A program made the translations under genes and the position numbers. A model generated the notes under the pieces. The model did no database searches, was not told the DNA's origin, and saw only the letters and a list, made by a program, of their open reading frames with translations. This document shows, piece after piece, positions 27,001-37,883 of a stretch of 64,000 bases of DNA. The stretch is taken from assembly GCF_006345805.1 (NCBI RefSeq), contig NC_043007.1, positions 21,080,001 through 21,144,000 on the forward strand. Direction: 5' to 3'. This DNA comes from Octopus sinensis. Lineage: Eukaryota. Position 1 is the first letter of the stretch. Every line of letters begins with the position of its first letter.

Positions 27001-28400
27001 CTCATCTGCTATCACAAGGCTCTTTTGGAGCTGGATTTTCTATGAGGAGCATGCCCTTGCTTACTCCCAACCTCAGTTTCTAGACATGAGTGGTCTTGAG
27101 ACCAAGGCCTCTACCATGATTTTTAAGAAATGTGGTGGAAAACTAGCTCAGGAAGGCAGGGACGTTACTCCCTAAGGCCCCATGCTTTCTGAAATCTGCC
27201 AACACTACACCTGATATCTCCCCTCCATACGTATGCACACATGTATATCTTGACTCATACACTGTTCACTTTCCTGACTTTTGTACAAAATTCTATGTAC
27301 TGTCCATGCACCTTAGATGAGTTGTGGTGCACCTGAGGACTACACGCAATAATTTTATCATCACCATTATTATTATAATCTGGACAGAGAAGCTGGAAGT
27401 TTCAAAACAATTGTCTATAGTTATTCTCTTTCTCTTTGATTTTCAAAGAGAGACTTACATCAGCAGGACTGCTGCCTTCTATAATGGTACATACTTCTTT
27501 TGTGTCTGTCCCAAACAATATCTGGACTGTTGTGTTTACACTTGACAGACGTTTTGACACTTGACAGATGTTTTGACACTTGACAGACGTTTTGACACTT
27601 GACAGATGTTTTGACACTTGACAGATGTTTTGACACTTGACAGATGTTTTGACTCTTGACAGATGTTTTGACACTTGACAGATGTTTTGACACTTGACAG
27701 ATGTTTTGACACTTGACAGATGTTTCGACACTTGACAGATGTTTTGACACTTGACAGATGTTTTGACACTTGACAAATGTTTTGACACTTGACATGTTTT
27801 GACGGAAGTGTTCCACCTGTATTCTTTGTGTTGATGCTTGTGTATGTCGCTAATTAATGCAGATTCTCTATATTTAATCAATATAGAGTACTTATCCAGC
27901 ATGGACAGGTAGGCCTTACAAACAGCATAAAGAAGCCAACAATGGGATGCTGAGGCTTTCATCTAGCAATGAACTGACAATGGCTGAATAGAAAGATCAA
28001 ATTACTATTGATTTTGTTTTATTTTTTTATGTCAGAATTACAGAAACAACTCGAATCATATATCCTGGAGAAGTAGAAAACAAGGATTTCAACTTCATTA
28101 CTGTCAATGCTTATAAGAAGAGTGTTGAAAGTGTAAGTCTATTTCCAATGATTTTCTTCCAATTGACAAGTTCTTTACTATACTCTTTACTCTTTTACTC
28201 TTTTAGTTGTTTCAGTCATTTGACTGTGGCCATGTTGGAGCACTGCCTTTAGTCGAACTAATCGATCCCGGGACTTATTCTTTGTAAGCCCAGTACTTAT
28301 TCTATCGGTCTCTTTTGCCGAACCGCTAAGTGACGGGGACGTAAACACACCAGCATCGGTTGTCAAGTAATGCTAGAGGGACAAACACAGACACACAAAC

Positions 28401-28435
<35 letters not shown>

Positions 28436-31400
28436 CATATATACGACAGGCTTCTTTCAGTTTCCGTCTACCAAATCCACTCACAAGGCTTTGGTCGGCC
28501 CGAGGCTATAGCAGAAGACACTTTCCCAAGATGCCACGCAGTGGGACTGAACCCAGAACCATGTGGTTGGTAGGCAAGCTACTTACCACACAGCCACTCC
28601 TGCGCCTATAGTACATTATTAACAACAAAAAAAAGAAGACAAATACAAAACAAAAAAAGAAAAATATCAACTAATACAAGCTCTTTGCTGTGTTCCGGTA
28701 CAAAATTCTTAATTCATAATTAGCATCATCATAATCATTTAACAACTGTTTTCCATGTTGAGGAGGAATAGTGATAAGAGGTTGAAAAACCTCAGTGTTA
28801 TTGAAAGTTCCGAGTTTGGCATGGGTTTTCCATGTTGGCATGGGTTGGACGGTTTGACCAGAGCTGGTAAGACCAAGGATCACACCAGGATCCATTGTCT
28901 CTTTTGGTATGTTTTTTACAGTTGGATCCATTTCCTAATGCCAACCACTCTACAAATGTCTTGCTCATTTTTACATTTTGGCATTTTGCTGAGATATTTT
29001 TCTTGAGAATACATTCTTCGTGGTAATGGAGATTCGACGTCTATGTTTAGCATATAGGATGTCCACTTTAGTGGTCATCATCATCATCATCATCATCGTT
29101 TAACATCCATTTTCCATGCTAGCATGGGTTGGACGGTTCGATCAGGATCTAGGAAGCCAGAAGATGCACCAGGCTCCAATCTGATCTGGCAGTGTTTCTA
29201 CAGCTAGATGCCCTTCCTAATGCCAACCACTCCATGAGTGTAGTGGGTGCTTTTTACATGCCACCGGCACAGGGGCCAGAGGAGGCTGGCAACAGCCACA
29301 ATCGGATTGGTGCTTTTTATGTGCCACCGGCATGGAAGCCGTGATTCATATCGAGCCCTTCTGGGTATTAGCGCGCGTCTACGATGAGTCTACGATTTAA
29401 AAAAAAATTTACCATCATTTTTTTCCATTTTAATGCATTTTTTCGCTATTATATAAGGGAAGTAACTCTCTAAAAATGTCTACGATGAGTCTACGATTTA
29501 AAAAAAAAATTACCATCATTTATTCCATTTTTAATGCATTTTTGCTATTATATAAGGGAAGTAACTCTCTAAAAATGCTTATATAGTTATTTCCCTTACA
29601 AACCCGAGCAACGCCGGGCGATACTGCTAGTAACACATAAAGAATGCTCGGTGAAACCTAATGGCCATTCAGTATAACTGAATTTTTCTCATATGTTGCG
29701 TTGTATTATACAGGGTGAATATCTGGTAACAAATAAATATATCAAGGATTATTTTGGATTGAAAAGAACCACATTGGAGAACCTTGCTGAAGACAGAAAA
29801 GCATGTATCACTCATATGCAACTAGAGGTAAGTTCAAGGAAACATATTATTATTTTGTTTTTGTCAACTTACTGTTTGTATTCATTAATATATATGTATT
29901 CTCTTGAAAAACGCCGCCGCCGTAGTGATCTCATTCTCGCCCACAACATCATAAACGGAAAGTGTAACCTCTCGAAAGAGCTGTTCTTCACTCCTGCTCC
30001 AGAGCGTTGGCTGCGGGGTCATTCCGAAAAGCTCTACCTGCGACGATTTCATCTCAATCGAAGGAGAGGAGCTTTCTCCGTCCGGGTTGCGGATCCGTGG
30101 AACAAGCTGCCGGACGAGATGGTAAAGATGCCGACGACCGCTTTGTTCAAAGCCTCCCTGGACCTCAAGTGGCCTGAACTCTTTACATGAACACCACCCT
30201 GTACTTAACTCCATGTCCCCCTACATGGCCTTGCTATTTGCTTTTGAGCCAAATTAACTAACTAACTAACTAACATATATATACTCTTTTACTCTTTTAC
30301 TTGTTTCAGTCATTTGACTGCGGCCATGCTGGAGCACCACCTTTAGTCAATCAAATCGACCCCGAGACTTATACTTTGTAAGCCCAGTACTTATTCTATC
30401 GGTCACTTTTGCCGAACCGCTAAGTGACTGGGACGTAATCACACCAGCATCGGTCGTCAAGCAATGCTAGGGGGACAAACATAGACACACAAACACACAT
30501 ATATATACATATACATATATACGACAGGCTTCTTTCAGTTTCCGTCTACCAAATCCACTCACAAGGCATTGGTCGGCCTGGGGCTATAGCAGAAGACACT
30601 TGCCCGAGATGCCACGCAGTGGGACTGAACCTGGAATCATGTGGTTGGTAAGCAAGCTACTTACCACACAGCCACTCCTGTATATATATATACTAGCGGT
30701 ATCGCCCGGTGACGCTTGGGTTTGTTTCGACCCTTTAGAATTGGAAGTTTTGAAAAGTAAAAATTTTGCATTATGTAGCTTGTTATTCTCTTTAAGTGAA
30801 CATTTTTCTGGTGGAAATACACCGAAATATGGCGACACAGCAGTCAAAAAATCATTAAAAAATAGGGATTTTCGTTGGAAAAAAGCACCTTTTTGAAGTA
30901 AATAATGTTTGGTCTTAACATGGTCTGATTTGAATCTTTTCTTCTATGGAAGGAAGAGCAAGCCTTCTTTTATCATACTTTCAATTTTGGTCAACTTGCG
31001 CTGCAGGGTCTCAGAGGAGCTAGTGTTAGTTGAAGGCTACCAAACCTGCCACACACAGACAACTTCAGCTTTATATATAGAGAGGGAGATGTGATTTATT
31101 AATTGAAACTAATTGACAAACACTTTCCCTCTCCTCATATACATAAAGCGAAATATACTCACAGACAGAGGGGGAGAGAAAGAAGGAGAGAGAGAAAGAG
31201 GGAGGAGAGAGAGAGAGAGAGAGAAACATTAAGATGTGTGATGTCACATGAGTCAGTGTTGAATCTATCTATCTATCCACTAAGTCGAAGTCGACTCTCG
31301 GTCACTCGTTGGATCAGTGTTCTCCAGTCAGTTCTATCCTGGGTCGCTTCTTTCAGATTGGCTATGGCCATTCCCGTGTCACTCTTGATGGTGTCAAGCC

Positions 31401-34400
31401 AGCAGGTTCTTGGTTGGCCTCTTCCTCTCTTGCCACTGACCATTCCGAGCATGATGTCCTTCTCCAGGGATTTTCGCTGCATAATATGACCAAAATATGC
31501 CAATCTATGCTTGGTGATCCTAGCTTCTAGTGACAGTTTCGGCTTGATCTGGTTAAGAACTTCTCCATTGATGAGCCTTGCTGTCCATGGAATCCGTAAA
31601 AGTCTTCTCCAACACCAAAGCTTGAATGCATTAATTCTTTTCTGGTCAGCTTTCTTTAGTGTCCAGGTCTCGCATCCATATGTTGCTATTGTTGAATCGG
31701 TAATGCCAAAACAGCTGCACCAAAATGTCTCATACCTCTCGGATATGGAATTATTTGATCATTCCATCATCATCATCATCATCGTTTAACGTCCGCTTTC
31801 CATGCTAGCATGGGTTGGACGGTTCAACTGGGGTCTGGGAAGCCAGAAGGCTGCACCAGGCCAGTCAGATCTGGCAGTGTTTCTACAGCTGGATGCCCTT
31901 CCTAACGCCAAACATGCAATGTCAGATTAAAAGGATCTTATCACAGGAAACTGGGGCACCAAACTAGACATATCACCAGCACCAAGCAAAGAAATGTTAC
32001 ATATAAGGCGATGAGCTGGCAGAATCGTTAGCACGCCGGGCGAAATGCTTAGCAGTATTTCTTCTGCCTTGACGTTCTGAGTTCAAATTCCGCCGAGGTC
32101 GACTTTGCCTTTCATCCTTTCGGGGTCGATAAATTAAGTACCAGTTACGCACTGGGGTCGATGTAATCAACTTAATCCCTTTGTCTGTCGTTGTTTGTCC
32201 CCTCTATGTTTAGCCCCTTGTGGGTAATAAAGAAATAGGTATTTCGTCTGCCTTGATGTTCTGAGTTCAAATTCCGCCGAGGTCAACTTTGCCTTTCATC
32301 CTTTAGGGGTTGATAAATTAAGTACCAGTTATGCACTGAGGTCGATGTAATCAACTTAATCCCTTTGTCTGTCGTTGTTTGTCCCCTCTACGTTTAGCCC
32401 CTTGTGGGCAATAAAGCAATAAAGGAAATACATGTTACATATTATTTCTGTGATTTAACCCTTTAGCATTTTAAGCCAGCCATATCCAGCCCTAAGTTGA
32501 AATTACGATGACAGTGTCTTTTATTTTCAATTTATATTTCAGGCAATGATAAGCCTCCAAAATACTGTCCTAATGCCTCAGTTTATCCTAACTTTGCATA
32601 CATCAGAAACAGCTCAGAATGAATATATGCAAGCTTTAGGTGTCTATACTGAATCTGATATAACGAAAGCTCTGCAAAGCCGAGAAGAGCTAATTGAATT
32701 CAACCAAAATCACGCTGGATCTTTCTGTCATTTCATTTCAACAGGTAAAATGAAAATTTGTTATTCTATTTCTAATTCATGTTACTATAAGTTTGTGTTG
32801 TGTCTGGGGAGAGTCATTTTCTTTTTGTGCCTTATATTGTAACACACTCACCGGTAAAATTTCCACTTTTTTCTTATTCTTATTTTCCTAAAATTTCCGT
32901 TGCATCTCGAGAGTCAAAACTATTGAAAAGGTTGCAAGACGCAACGAAAATTTTAGGAAAATAAGAATAAGAAATAAGTGGAAATTTTACCCGTGAGTTT
33001 GTTACATTATAAGGCACAAAAAGAAAATGACTCTCCCCAGACACAACAGAATATGCTTCAACACACAAACTCATATAAAGCATCTTGCAAACCAAATCCA
33101 AAAACAAAATATAAATTTGTGATATTTATGGATAAGTATTTGGTCTGCAAAGATCAGACCAGGTATGTTTTCTGTGTGCTGTAAGCATTGGGTTTCCTCG
33201 AGAAAACACCTTTATTGTACCTCTTAGCTTTTACTTGTTTCTGTGGCCATGCTGAGGCACTGTTTTCAAGGGTTTAGTAGAACAAATTGACCCCAGGACT
33301 TATTTCTAAGTTTGGTAGTTATTCTATCAACCTCCTTTGCCAGACATAAACAAACCAACACTGGTTGTGAAGCAGTGATGGGGGGAAACACAAAGATGCA
33401 CACACTTTACACAGTCACACACACTCATATAGCAGGCTTTTTTGAGTTTCCATCTACCAAATCCACTTTGAAGACACTTGCTCGAAGTTTCTTATTTCTT
33501 TACTACCCACAAGGGGCTACACACAGAGGGGACAAACAAATGGATTAAGTCGATTATATCGACCACAGTGCATAACTGGTACTTATTTAATTGACTCCGA
33601 AAGGATGAAAGGCAAAGTTGACCTTAGCGGAACTTGAACTCAGAACACTTTGAAGACACTTACTTGAGACGCCATGCTGTGGGACTGAACCCAAGACCAC
33701 AAGGCTGGGAAGCAAGCTTCTTAACCACACATCCATGAGAAAAAATTATAAATTAACTCCTAAGATTTTTACTGTAAATTTCCTTGTTCATATTTATTGG
33801 ATAAATTTTCATAACAAACACCAAACTGACTCCTTGCTCTATTTTGAACATCAGTAAAGAATTGCAACACTGAAATATTTTATCTACTTTGTATTAAAAA
33901 GACAAATTTTAATGACTTATCTTTCAGACTCTTTAGAAGTTGCCTACCAAAATCTGCAAAATTATATCAAGCAATGGCTATCATCACAAAGAAATATTTA
34001 TAATGAAACACGAATGACTCCAATATCTAATGCAATTAGCTCTTCAGAGAATTTGTTTGTAGCTCCTGAGAGAGGTACCGTGGTAAGTATTATTATTGGG
34101 GGTGGTCATTCGTAAGAATAAGGGTTCTGAGAATAAGGTATTGAATTATTTCTGACCACAAGGTCATTGGTTTGAGTTTTTTGGCTCAGTTATTCTGTTC
34201 TTTGCTTAGACAAAATGTAATAGTCTTTTGGGTCTAATTCTGAGAAGAATACTTTGGTAATCTTTTATTTGACTTGTAAAGCTAATCTAAAGAAAACTTA
34301 AAACACTTTCTCCAACAGTTCTTCCTGATTATAGTGTTAAACTTTGATAGATTTCGGCCAGTATAATTGAGTTTTTTGGTGTCTTGTCCAGGTGGGGAAT

Positions 34401-37225
34401 TTCTACGCTACTGAAACCAGGAAACTGGCCCTTATGAGCCTGGCATGGCTCGAGAAGGATCATCATCATCATCATCATCATCATCGTTTAACGTCCGTTT
34501 TCCGCGCTAGCACGGGTTGGACGGTTCAACTGGGGTCTGGGAAGCCAAGCGCTGCACCAGGCTCCAGTCTGATCTGGCAGAGTTTCTACAGCTGGATGCC
34601 CTTCCTAACACCAACCACTCCGCGAGTGTAGTGGGTGCTTTTTACGTGCCACCTGCACAGGTGCCAGGGGGGTCCGGCATCGGCCACGATCAGTTGGAGC
34701 TTTTAACGTGCCACCAGCACGGAAGCCAGCCAGGGCGGCACTGGCAACGGCCACGTTCGGATGGTGCTTTTTATGTGCCACCGGCACAGAAGCCAGTCAA
34801 GGCAGCGCTGGCATCGGCCACGTTCGGATGGTGCTTTTTATGTGCCACCGGCACAGAAGCCAGTCAGGGCAGCGCTGGCAACAGCCACGTTCGGATAGTG
34901 CTTTTTATGTGCTACCGGCACAGAAGCCAGTCGAGGTGGCGCTGGCAACGGCCACGTTCGGATGGTGCTTTTTATGTGCCACCGGCACAGGTATCACAAC
35001 TACTATTTCCATTGATATTTATTTTGATGTTCATGTACTTGACTCAACAGGTCTCCTCAAGCACAGCGGGACGTACTGGAATCCAGGGTACTTTGAATGG
35101 GCAGGGGCTATGCGGAACTGGTGCAGGAAGCAGCCCGGGTCTTTGCAGTCACAGCGTTAATTAATCTCCTATTGCTTTGGTTAACTAAAGTTATGAACAA
35201 AAATACATTCGTAAATTAAAATACTCAAAACGGAATATGTTTCTATTTTTACTTCTTAATCAAAGGAAGAGGAATCGGTGAAAAGACGTCGGTTTGTTGC
35301 TAAACAAATAGTGCGAGCAGTTGTACCAACACTCTACGAAAAAATTGAACGGTAAATACATTCTTTTACTCTTTTACTTGTTTCAGTCATTTGACTGCGG
35401 CCATGCTGGAGCACCGCCTTTAATCGAGCAACTCGACCCCGGGACTTATTCTTTTGTAAGCCCAGTACTTATTCTATCGGTCTCTTTTGCCGAACCGCTA
35501 AGTAACGGGGACATAAACACACCAGCATCAGTTGTCAAGCAATGCTAGGAGGACAAACACACACACGCATATATATATATATATATACATATATGACGGG
35601 CTTCTTTCAGTTTCCGTCTACCAAATCCACTCACAAGGCTTTGGTCGGCCCGAAGCTATAGTAGAAGACATTTGCCCAAGGTGCCACGCAGTGGGACTGA
35701 ACCTGGAACCATGTGGTTAGTAAACAAGCTACTTACCACACAGCCACTCCTGCACATTATTTAATTTAGTAATATAAAGTGGTGGAGGCACATGGCCTAG
35801 TGGTTAGAGCAGCGGACTCGCTGTTGAGGGATCGCATGTTTGAATCTCAGACCGGGCGATGGTGTGTGTTTATGAGTGAAACACCTAAGCTCCACGTGGC
35901 TCCGGCAGAAGGTAATGGCGAACTTCTGCTGACTCTTTCGCCACAACTTTCTCTCACTCTTTCCTCCCGCATCTTGCAGCTCACCTGCGACAGACCGGCA
36001 TCCCATCCAGGTGGGGAACCTATATGTCAAGGAAACTGGAAAACCGGCCCTTATGAGCCAGGCATGGCTCGAGAAGGAACAAACAATATAAAGTGATGTA
36101 GCTATCCATAGTGCCAGTCTTAGACACATAAGAGATCCTAAGGGTATGTAATATACTCTTAGTAGAGTAAAAATAAAATAGGGGCTGTGTGGTAAGAAGC
36201 ATGCTTCCCAACCACATGGTTCCGGGTTCAGTCCCACTGCGTGGCACCTTGGGCAAGTGTCTTCTACTATAGCCTCGGGCTGACCGAAGCCGTGAGAGTG
36301 GATTTTGTTCAGGAATTTGGACCTGGAGATCTCCATTTCCAGCGACTTCGAGGGCCACCTCCCAGTGGCATCGAGCGTCAACGAAGAGCCCTCGACTACA
36401 AGATGACCAAAGTTTTTTTTTTTTACAAGGTCTGGGGTCTCCCGCCCCTAAGCCCTAGACCATCACCTAATCACCCTTACCTGTCTTGTTGCTTAACAAC
36501 AACAACCCATACCAGCACAATGCCAAACCATGTTTACAATCTACTTTCGATTCCTGGTTAAAACAGTTTTACATGACTTACATTGTCTGTATCTTTGAGG
36601 ACCTTACATCGTCCCACTTCTCCATCCCTCTAAACCTAGAACCTTGAGCTTCATCGAAAGAAATCACTATAAACGAAAAACATGTGTTTTGTATTTCAGA
36701 TCGTCTTGCATGGAAATAGATGAGGAAGAGAGATCTCGAAGAAATTCCAGAATCTCAGCACTGAGAGACTTGAAAGCATTACAAAATATTCAGAGAGATT
36801 CGAGAGGAATTATAACAGAACCCGAGGAAGTTCCAAGTGACATCGTGAGAAGAGCATCGTTAGAATTCGAAGAATTCGAGAGAATCTACAGAGGTTCCAG
36901 GAGGGGAACAGCATTAAATCTAGAAAAAATAGTGGACATTCATGGCGATTTCAAGAGCTGTTCAGGCGTTTTAGTAAATAGTGTAGAGACAAATAGTAGA
37001 CTGAAATACCGGACATCTAAGCCTAAAATGTATGATAATGACACGACTGGTCATTATGATAAATTAAGCCAGTTAGTTGATAAATATGATGCCAAAACCA
37101 AACATCCTGACACTCGTCTTCAAGAAGTGCCAAAAGCTAAATCGCTTAGTGAAAGTCATGTACCTGTTCGACTGGGTTCAGCCAAGCATACAGTTGTACC
37201 CCCAATACATACTTCTACGATTTGA
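5836..37225 (+). CDS. LRGUK: Leucine-rich repeat and guanylate kinase domain-containing protein, 16 coding exons, about 762 aa
   Basis: Exons 5836-5901, 8171-8284, 9713-9794, 15288-15470, 16460-16584, 18812-18865, 21916-22005, 23834-24001, 25165-25271, 25750-25869, 28036-28132, 29714-29827, 32543-32744, 33928-34082, 35266-35351, 36700-37225. All introns are GT-AG with matching phases; the total of 2289 nt is one open frame. SDS22-like LRRs followed by a GK-like domain (P-loop region, TTR..GE..D), collinear with vertebrate LRGUK as I recall it. Confidence 0.9.
6113..6520 (+). mobile_element. tRNA-derived SINE family A with internal (TA/TG)n; about 20 copies, e.g. 106-522-, 611-1008-, 1316-1698+, 7668-8070-, 28185-28609-, 30285-30680-, 35365-35753-, 38020-38396-, 39034-39416-, 50783-51177-, 55420-55809-, 60190-60555+
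   Basis: Head with pol III A/B boxes (TGGCTGTGTGG..GGTTCAGTCCC), shared body, (AAAAGAGT)n tail. Confidence 0.9.
7232..7390. repeat. 80-bp tandem duplication
   Basis: TACTGCACCTACATCTGGG at 7232 and 7312. Confidence 0.9.
8171..8284 (+). CDS. LRGUK: LRGUK exon 2 ([38 protein letters not shown])
   Basis: tttttcag acceptor, open frame, GTAAAT donor, phase 0/0. Confidence 0.7.
8943..9478 (-). mobile_element. CR1/L2-type LINE 3' fragment capped by an inverted copy of its own 3' end
   Basis: RT C-terminus ([28 protein letters not shown]); about 90-bp inverted arms. Confidence 0.85.
9713..9794 (+). CDS. LRGUK: LRGUK exon 3 ([27 protein letters not shown])
   Basis: LRR consensus; AG and GTAAGA boundaries; phase 0/1. 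Confidence 0.9.
10600..11190 (-). mobile_element. CR1/L2-type LINE 3' fragment with (TAA)n tail
   Basis: [19 protein letters not shown]...[10 protein letters not shown]. Confidence 0.88.
12300..12693 (+). mobile_element. Non-autonomous Helitron (relatives: 22139-22536 +, 30693-31089 -)
   Basis: A|TC 5' end, subterminal CCCGAGCAACGCCAGG hairpin, CTAG|T 3' end, no TSD. Confidence 0.8.
14301..14533. mobile_element. MITE-like fold-back element with perfect 73-bp inverted arms
   Basis: 14301-14373 is the exact reverse complement of 14461-14533. Confidence 0.8.
14607..15253. repeat. Tandem duplication, ~270-bp unit, about 2.4 copies
   Basis: ATCTTAAAG recurs at 14611, 14878 and 15149. Confidence 0.9.
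15288..15470 (+). CDS. LRGUK: LRGUK exon 4 ([20 protein letters not shown]...[10 protein letters not shown])
   Basis: LRRs; ends at the U12-type donor GTATCCTTT; phase 1/1. Confidence 0.92.
15471..16459 (+). other. U12-type (minor spliceosome) GT-AG intron
   Basis: 5' site GTATCCTTT; branch-point box TTCCTCAAC at 16441-16449, about 10 nt from the AG; no pyrimidine tract between branch point and AG; frame is joined (T+AT = Tyr). Confidence 0.88.
16460..16584 (+). CDS. LRGUK: LRGUK exon 5 ([42 protein letters not shown])
   Basis: Completes the LxLxxNxI repeat across the intron; donor GTAATG. Confidence 0.92.
18357..18744 (+). mobile_element. Non-autonomous Helitron, second subfamily (5'-truncated relative at 29341-29630)
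   Basis: A|TC...CCCGAGCAACGCCGGG...CTAG|T. Confidence 0.8.
18812..18865 (+). CDS. LRGUK: LRGUK exon 6 ([18 protein letters not shown])
   Basis: 54-nt LRR exon; polypyrimidine+AG acceptor; GTGAGC donor. Confidence 0.88.
19650..20085. repeat. Compound (TAT/TAC/TGT)n trinucleotide microsatellite
   Basis: Direct reading. Confidence 0.95.
20800..21065. repeat. (TA)n/(CA)n compound microsatellite; similar tracts at 11500-11670 and 44290-44580
   Basis: Direct reading. Confidence 0.95.
21497..21704. mobile_element. piggyBac-type MITE
   Basis: TTAA|CCCTTTAG...CTAAAGGG|TTAA. Confidence 0.75.
21916..22005 (+). CDS. LRGUK: LRGUK exon 7 ([30 protein letters not shown])
   Basis: LRR; phase 0/0. Confidence 0.9.
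22139..22536 (+). mobile_element. Non-autonomous Helitron
   Basis: Collinear with 12300-12693. Confidence 0.78.
23615..23750. repeat. ~22-bp minisatellite (CTGCCAGCTCGCCACCTTATAAT), about 6 copies, derived from the SINE-B head
   Basis: Unit is the reverse complement of the SINE-B 5' end AAGGCGGCGAGCTGGCAG. Confidence 0.8.
23834..24001 (+). CDS. LRGUK: LRGUK exon 8 ([26 protein letters not shown]..., LRR cap)
   Basis: LRRcap-like; GTAAGT donor. Confidence 0.92.
25165..25271 (+). CDS. LRGUK: LRGUK exon 9 ([35 protein letters not shown])
   Basis: Linker between LRR and GK domains; GTAAGT donor, phase 2. Confidence 0.88.
25429..25474 (-). ncRNA. Degenerate minimal hammerhead ribozyme motif
   Basis: GACAC-CUGAUGA-A-GGCUG(10 nt)CAGCC-GAAAC-AUU-GUGUU; stem III palindrome broken by a probable CpG decay. 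Confidence 0.55.
25750..25869 (+). CDS. LRGUK: LRGUK exon 10 ([40 protein letters not shown]), P-loop exon
   Basis: Start of GK fold (hhhhGPxGxG); phase 2/2; GTAAGT donor. Confidence 0.92.
25990..26793 (-). mobile_element. Mariner transposon relic (5' TIR plus frameshifted, 3'-truncated transposase)
   Basis: [30 protein letters not shown]; TA-flanked end near 26793. Confidence 0.85.
27539..27802. repeat. 19-bp minisatellite (CACTTGACAGATGTTTTGA), about 14 copies
   Basis: Direct reading; explains the [14 protein letters not shown] ORFs. Confidence 0.95.
28036..28132 (+). CDS. LRGUK: LRGUK exon 11 ([32 protein letters not shown])
   Basis: GK signature TTR..xGE...D.xF; GTAAGT donor. Confidence 0.92.
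29714..29827 (+). CDS. LRGUK: LRGUK exon 12 ([38 protein letters not shown])
   Basis: GK domain; phase 0/0. Confidence 0.92.
29898..30272 (+). mobile_element. CR1-type LINE 3' fragment, second family (near-identical shorter copy at 38555-38833)
   Basis: RRRRSDLI...[27 protein letters not shown]; (TAAC)n tail. Confidence 0.85.
30693..31089 (-). mobile_element. Non-autonomous Helitron
   Basis: Reverse-complement copy of 12300-12693 with TC and CTAG ends. Confidence 0.78.
31262..31690 (-). mobile_element. RTE-type LINE 3' fragment
   Basis: [28 protein letters not shown]. Confidence 0.85.
32543..32744 (+). CDS. LRGUK: LRGUK exon 13 ([18 protein letters not shown]...[14 protein letters not shown])
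   Basis: GK domain/lid; phase 0/1. Confidence 0.9.
33928..34082 (+). CDS. LRGUK: LRGUK exon 14 ([18 protein letters not shown]...ERGTV)
   Basis: C-terminal GK helix (D.L..AY..L); GTAAGT donor. Confidence 0.88.
34460..35160 (-). mobile_element. SINE family C with (ATG)n tail and internal ~62-bp VNTR; also 8354-8705, 10195-10545, 15506-15765, 24090-24640, 29076-29340, 58130-58413(+)
   Basis: Shared body CTGGCAGTGTTTCTACAGCTGGATGCCCTTCCTAACGCCAACC. Confidence 0.85.
35266..35351 (+). CDS. LRGUK: LRGUK exon 15 ([29 protein letters not shown])
   Basis: Supplies the phase 0->2 change needed to join exon 14 to exon 16. Confidence 0.8.
36700..37225 (+). CDS. LRGUK: LRGUK terminal exon ([11 protein letters not shown]...[12 protein letters not shown])
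   Basis: tttcag acceptor; open 526 nt to TGA; low-complexity charged tail. Confidence 0.8.
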
Positions 37226-37383
37226 TGTAATTGCTATTAAGGATAATTACTCAGAAAAAATTTATGTTATAAATTTTGACATTTTTCATTTTAACAAAAG
37301 AGACTTAAAATGTGTTATATCTTCAACAATCTTCATTCTAAAATACAATCAGCAGAATTTTCGGAGACTGGCAATGATGATGT

Positions 37384-37883
37384 TTAACCCTTTCGTTACC
37401 AACCCGGCTGAAACCAGCTCTGGCCCCTCTTGTTTTCATAAGTTTTGAATTAAAGTCTTGCACCAAACCTTAGTCACAATTTATGTTCCCAACACTAGTT
37501 TAATGATAACTAAGTAATTTTACTAAATTCTTTGTTATATTTAAAATTAATTGAAAGAAATACAGAGCATCTCAAAATAAATACAGTAACGAAAGGGTTA
37601 AACAGTGTGAATGAACAAACATTGCATTTGACAGAGTAGTCTGAATGCTAAAGGGTTAACCCTTTCGTTACAAACCTGGCTGAGTCCAGCTCTGGCTCTG
37701 AGTACAAATGTCTTGTTTTCATAAGTTTTGAATTAAAATCTTCCACCAAACCTTAGTCACAATTTATGTTCCTAACACTAGCTTAATGATAACTAAGTTA
37801 TTTTACTAAATTCTTTGTTATATTTAAAATAACTGAAAGAAACACAGAGCATCTCAAAATAAATACAGTAACGAAAGGGTTAA
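37384..37883. mobile_element. Stacked piggyBac-type MITEs (37388-37597, partial 37602-37655, 37660-37879)
   Basis: TTAA|CCCTTTCGTTAC...GTAACGAAAGGG|TTAA. Confidence 0.8.

Noticed and set aside
27402-27962. Cys-rich repeat protein [19 protein letters not shown]; also considered as a CRISPR-like array
   Set aside because: 19-bp tandem unit with no spacers; open only because no stop occurs on that strand
36290-36570. GC-richer segment with apparent ORFs
   Set aside because: Inverted copy at about 62400-62610 shows it is an unclassified dispersed repeat
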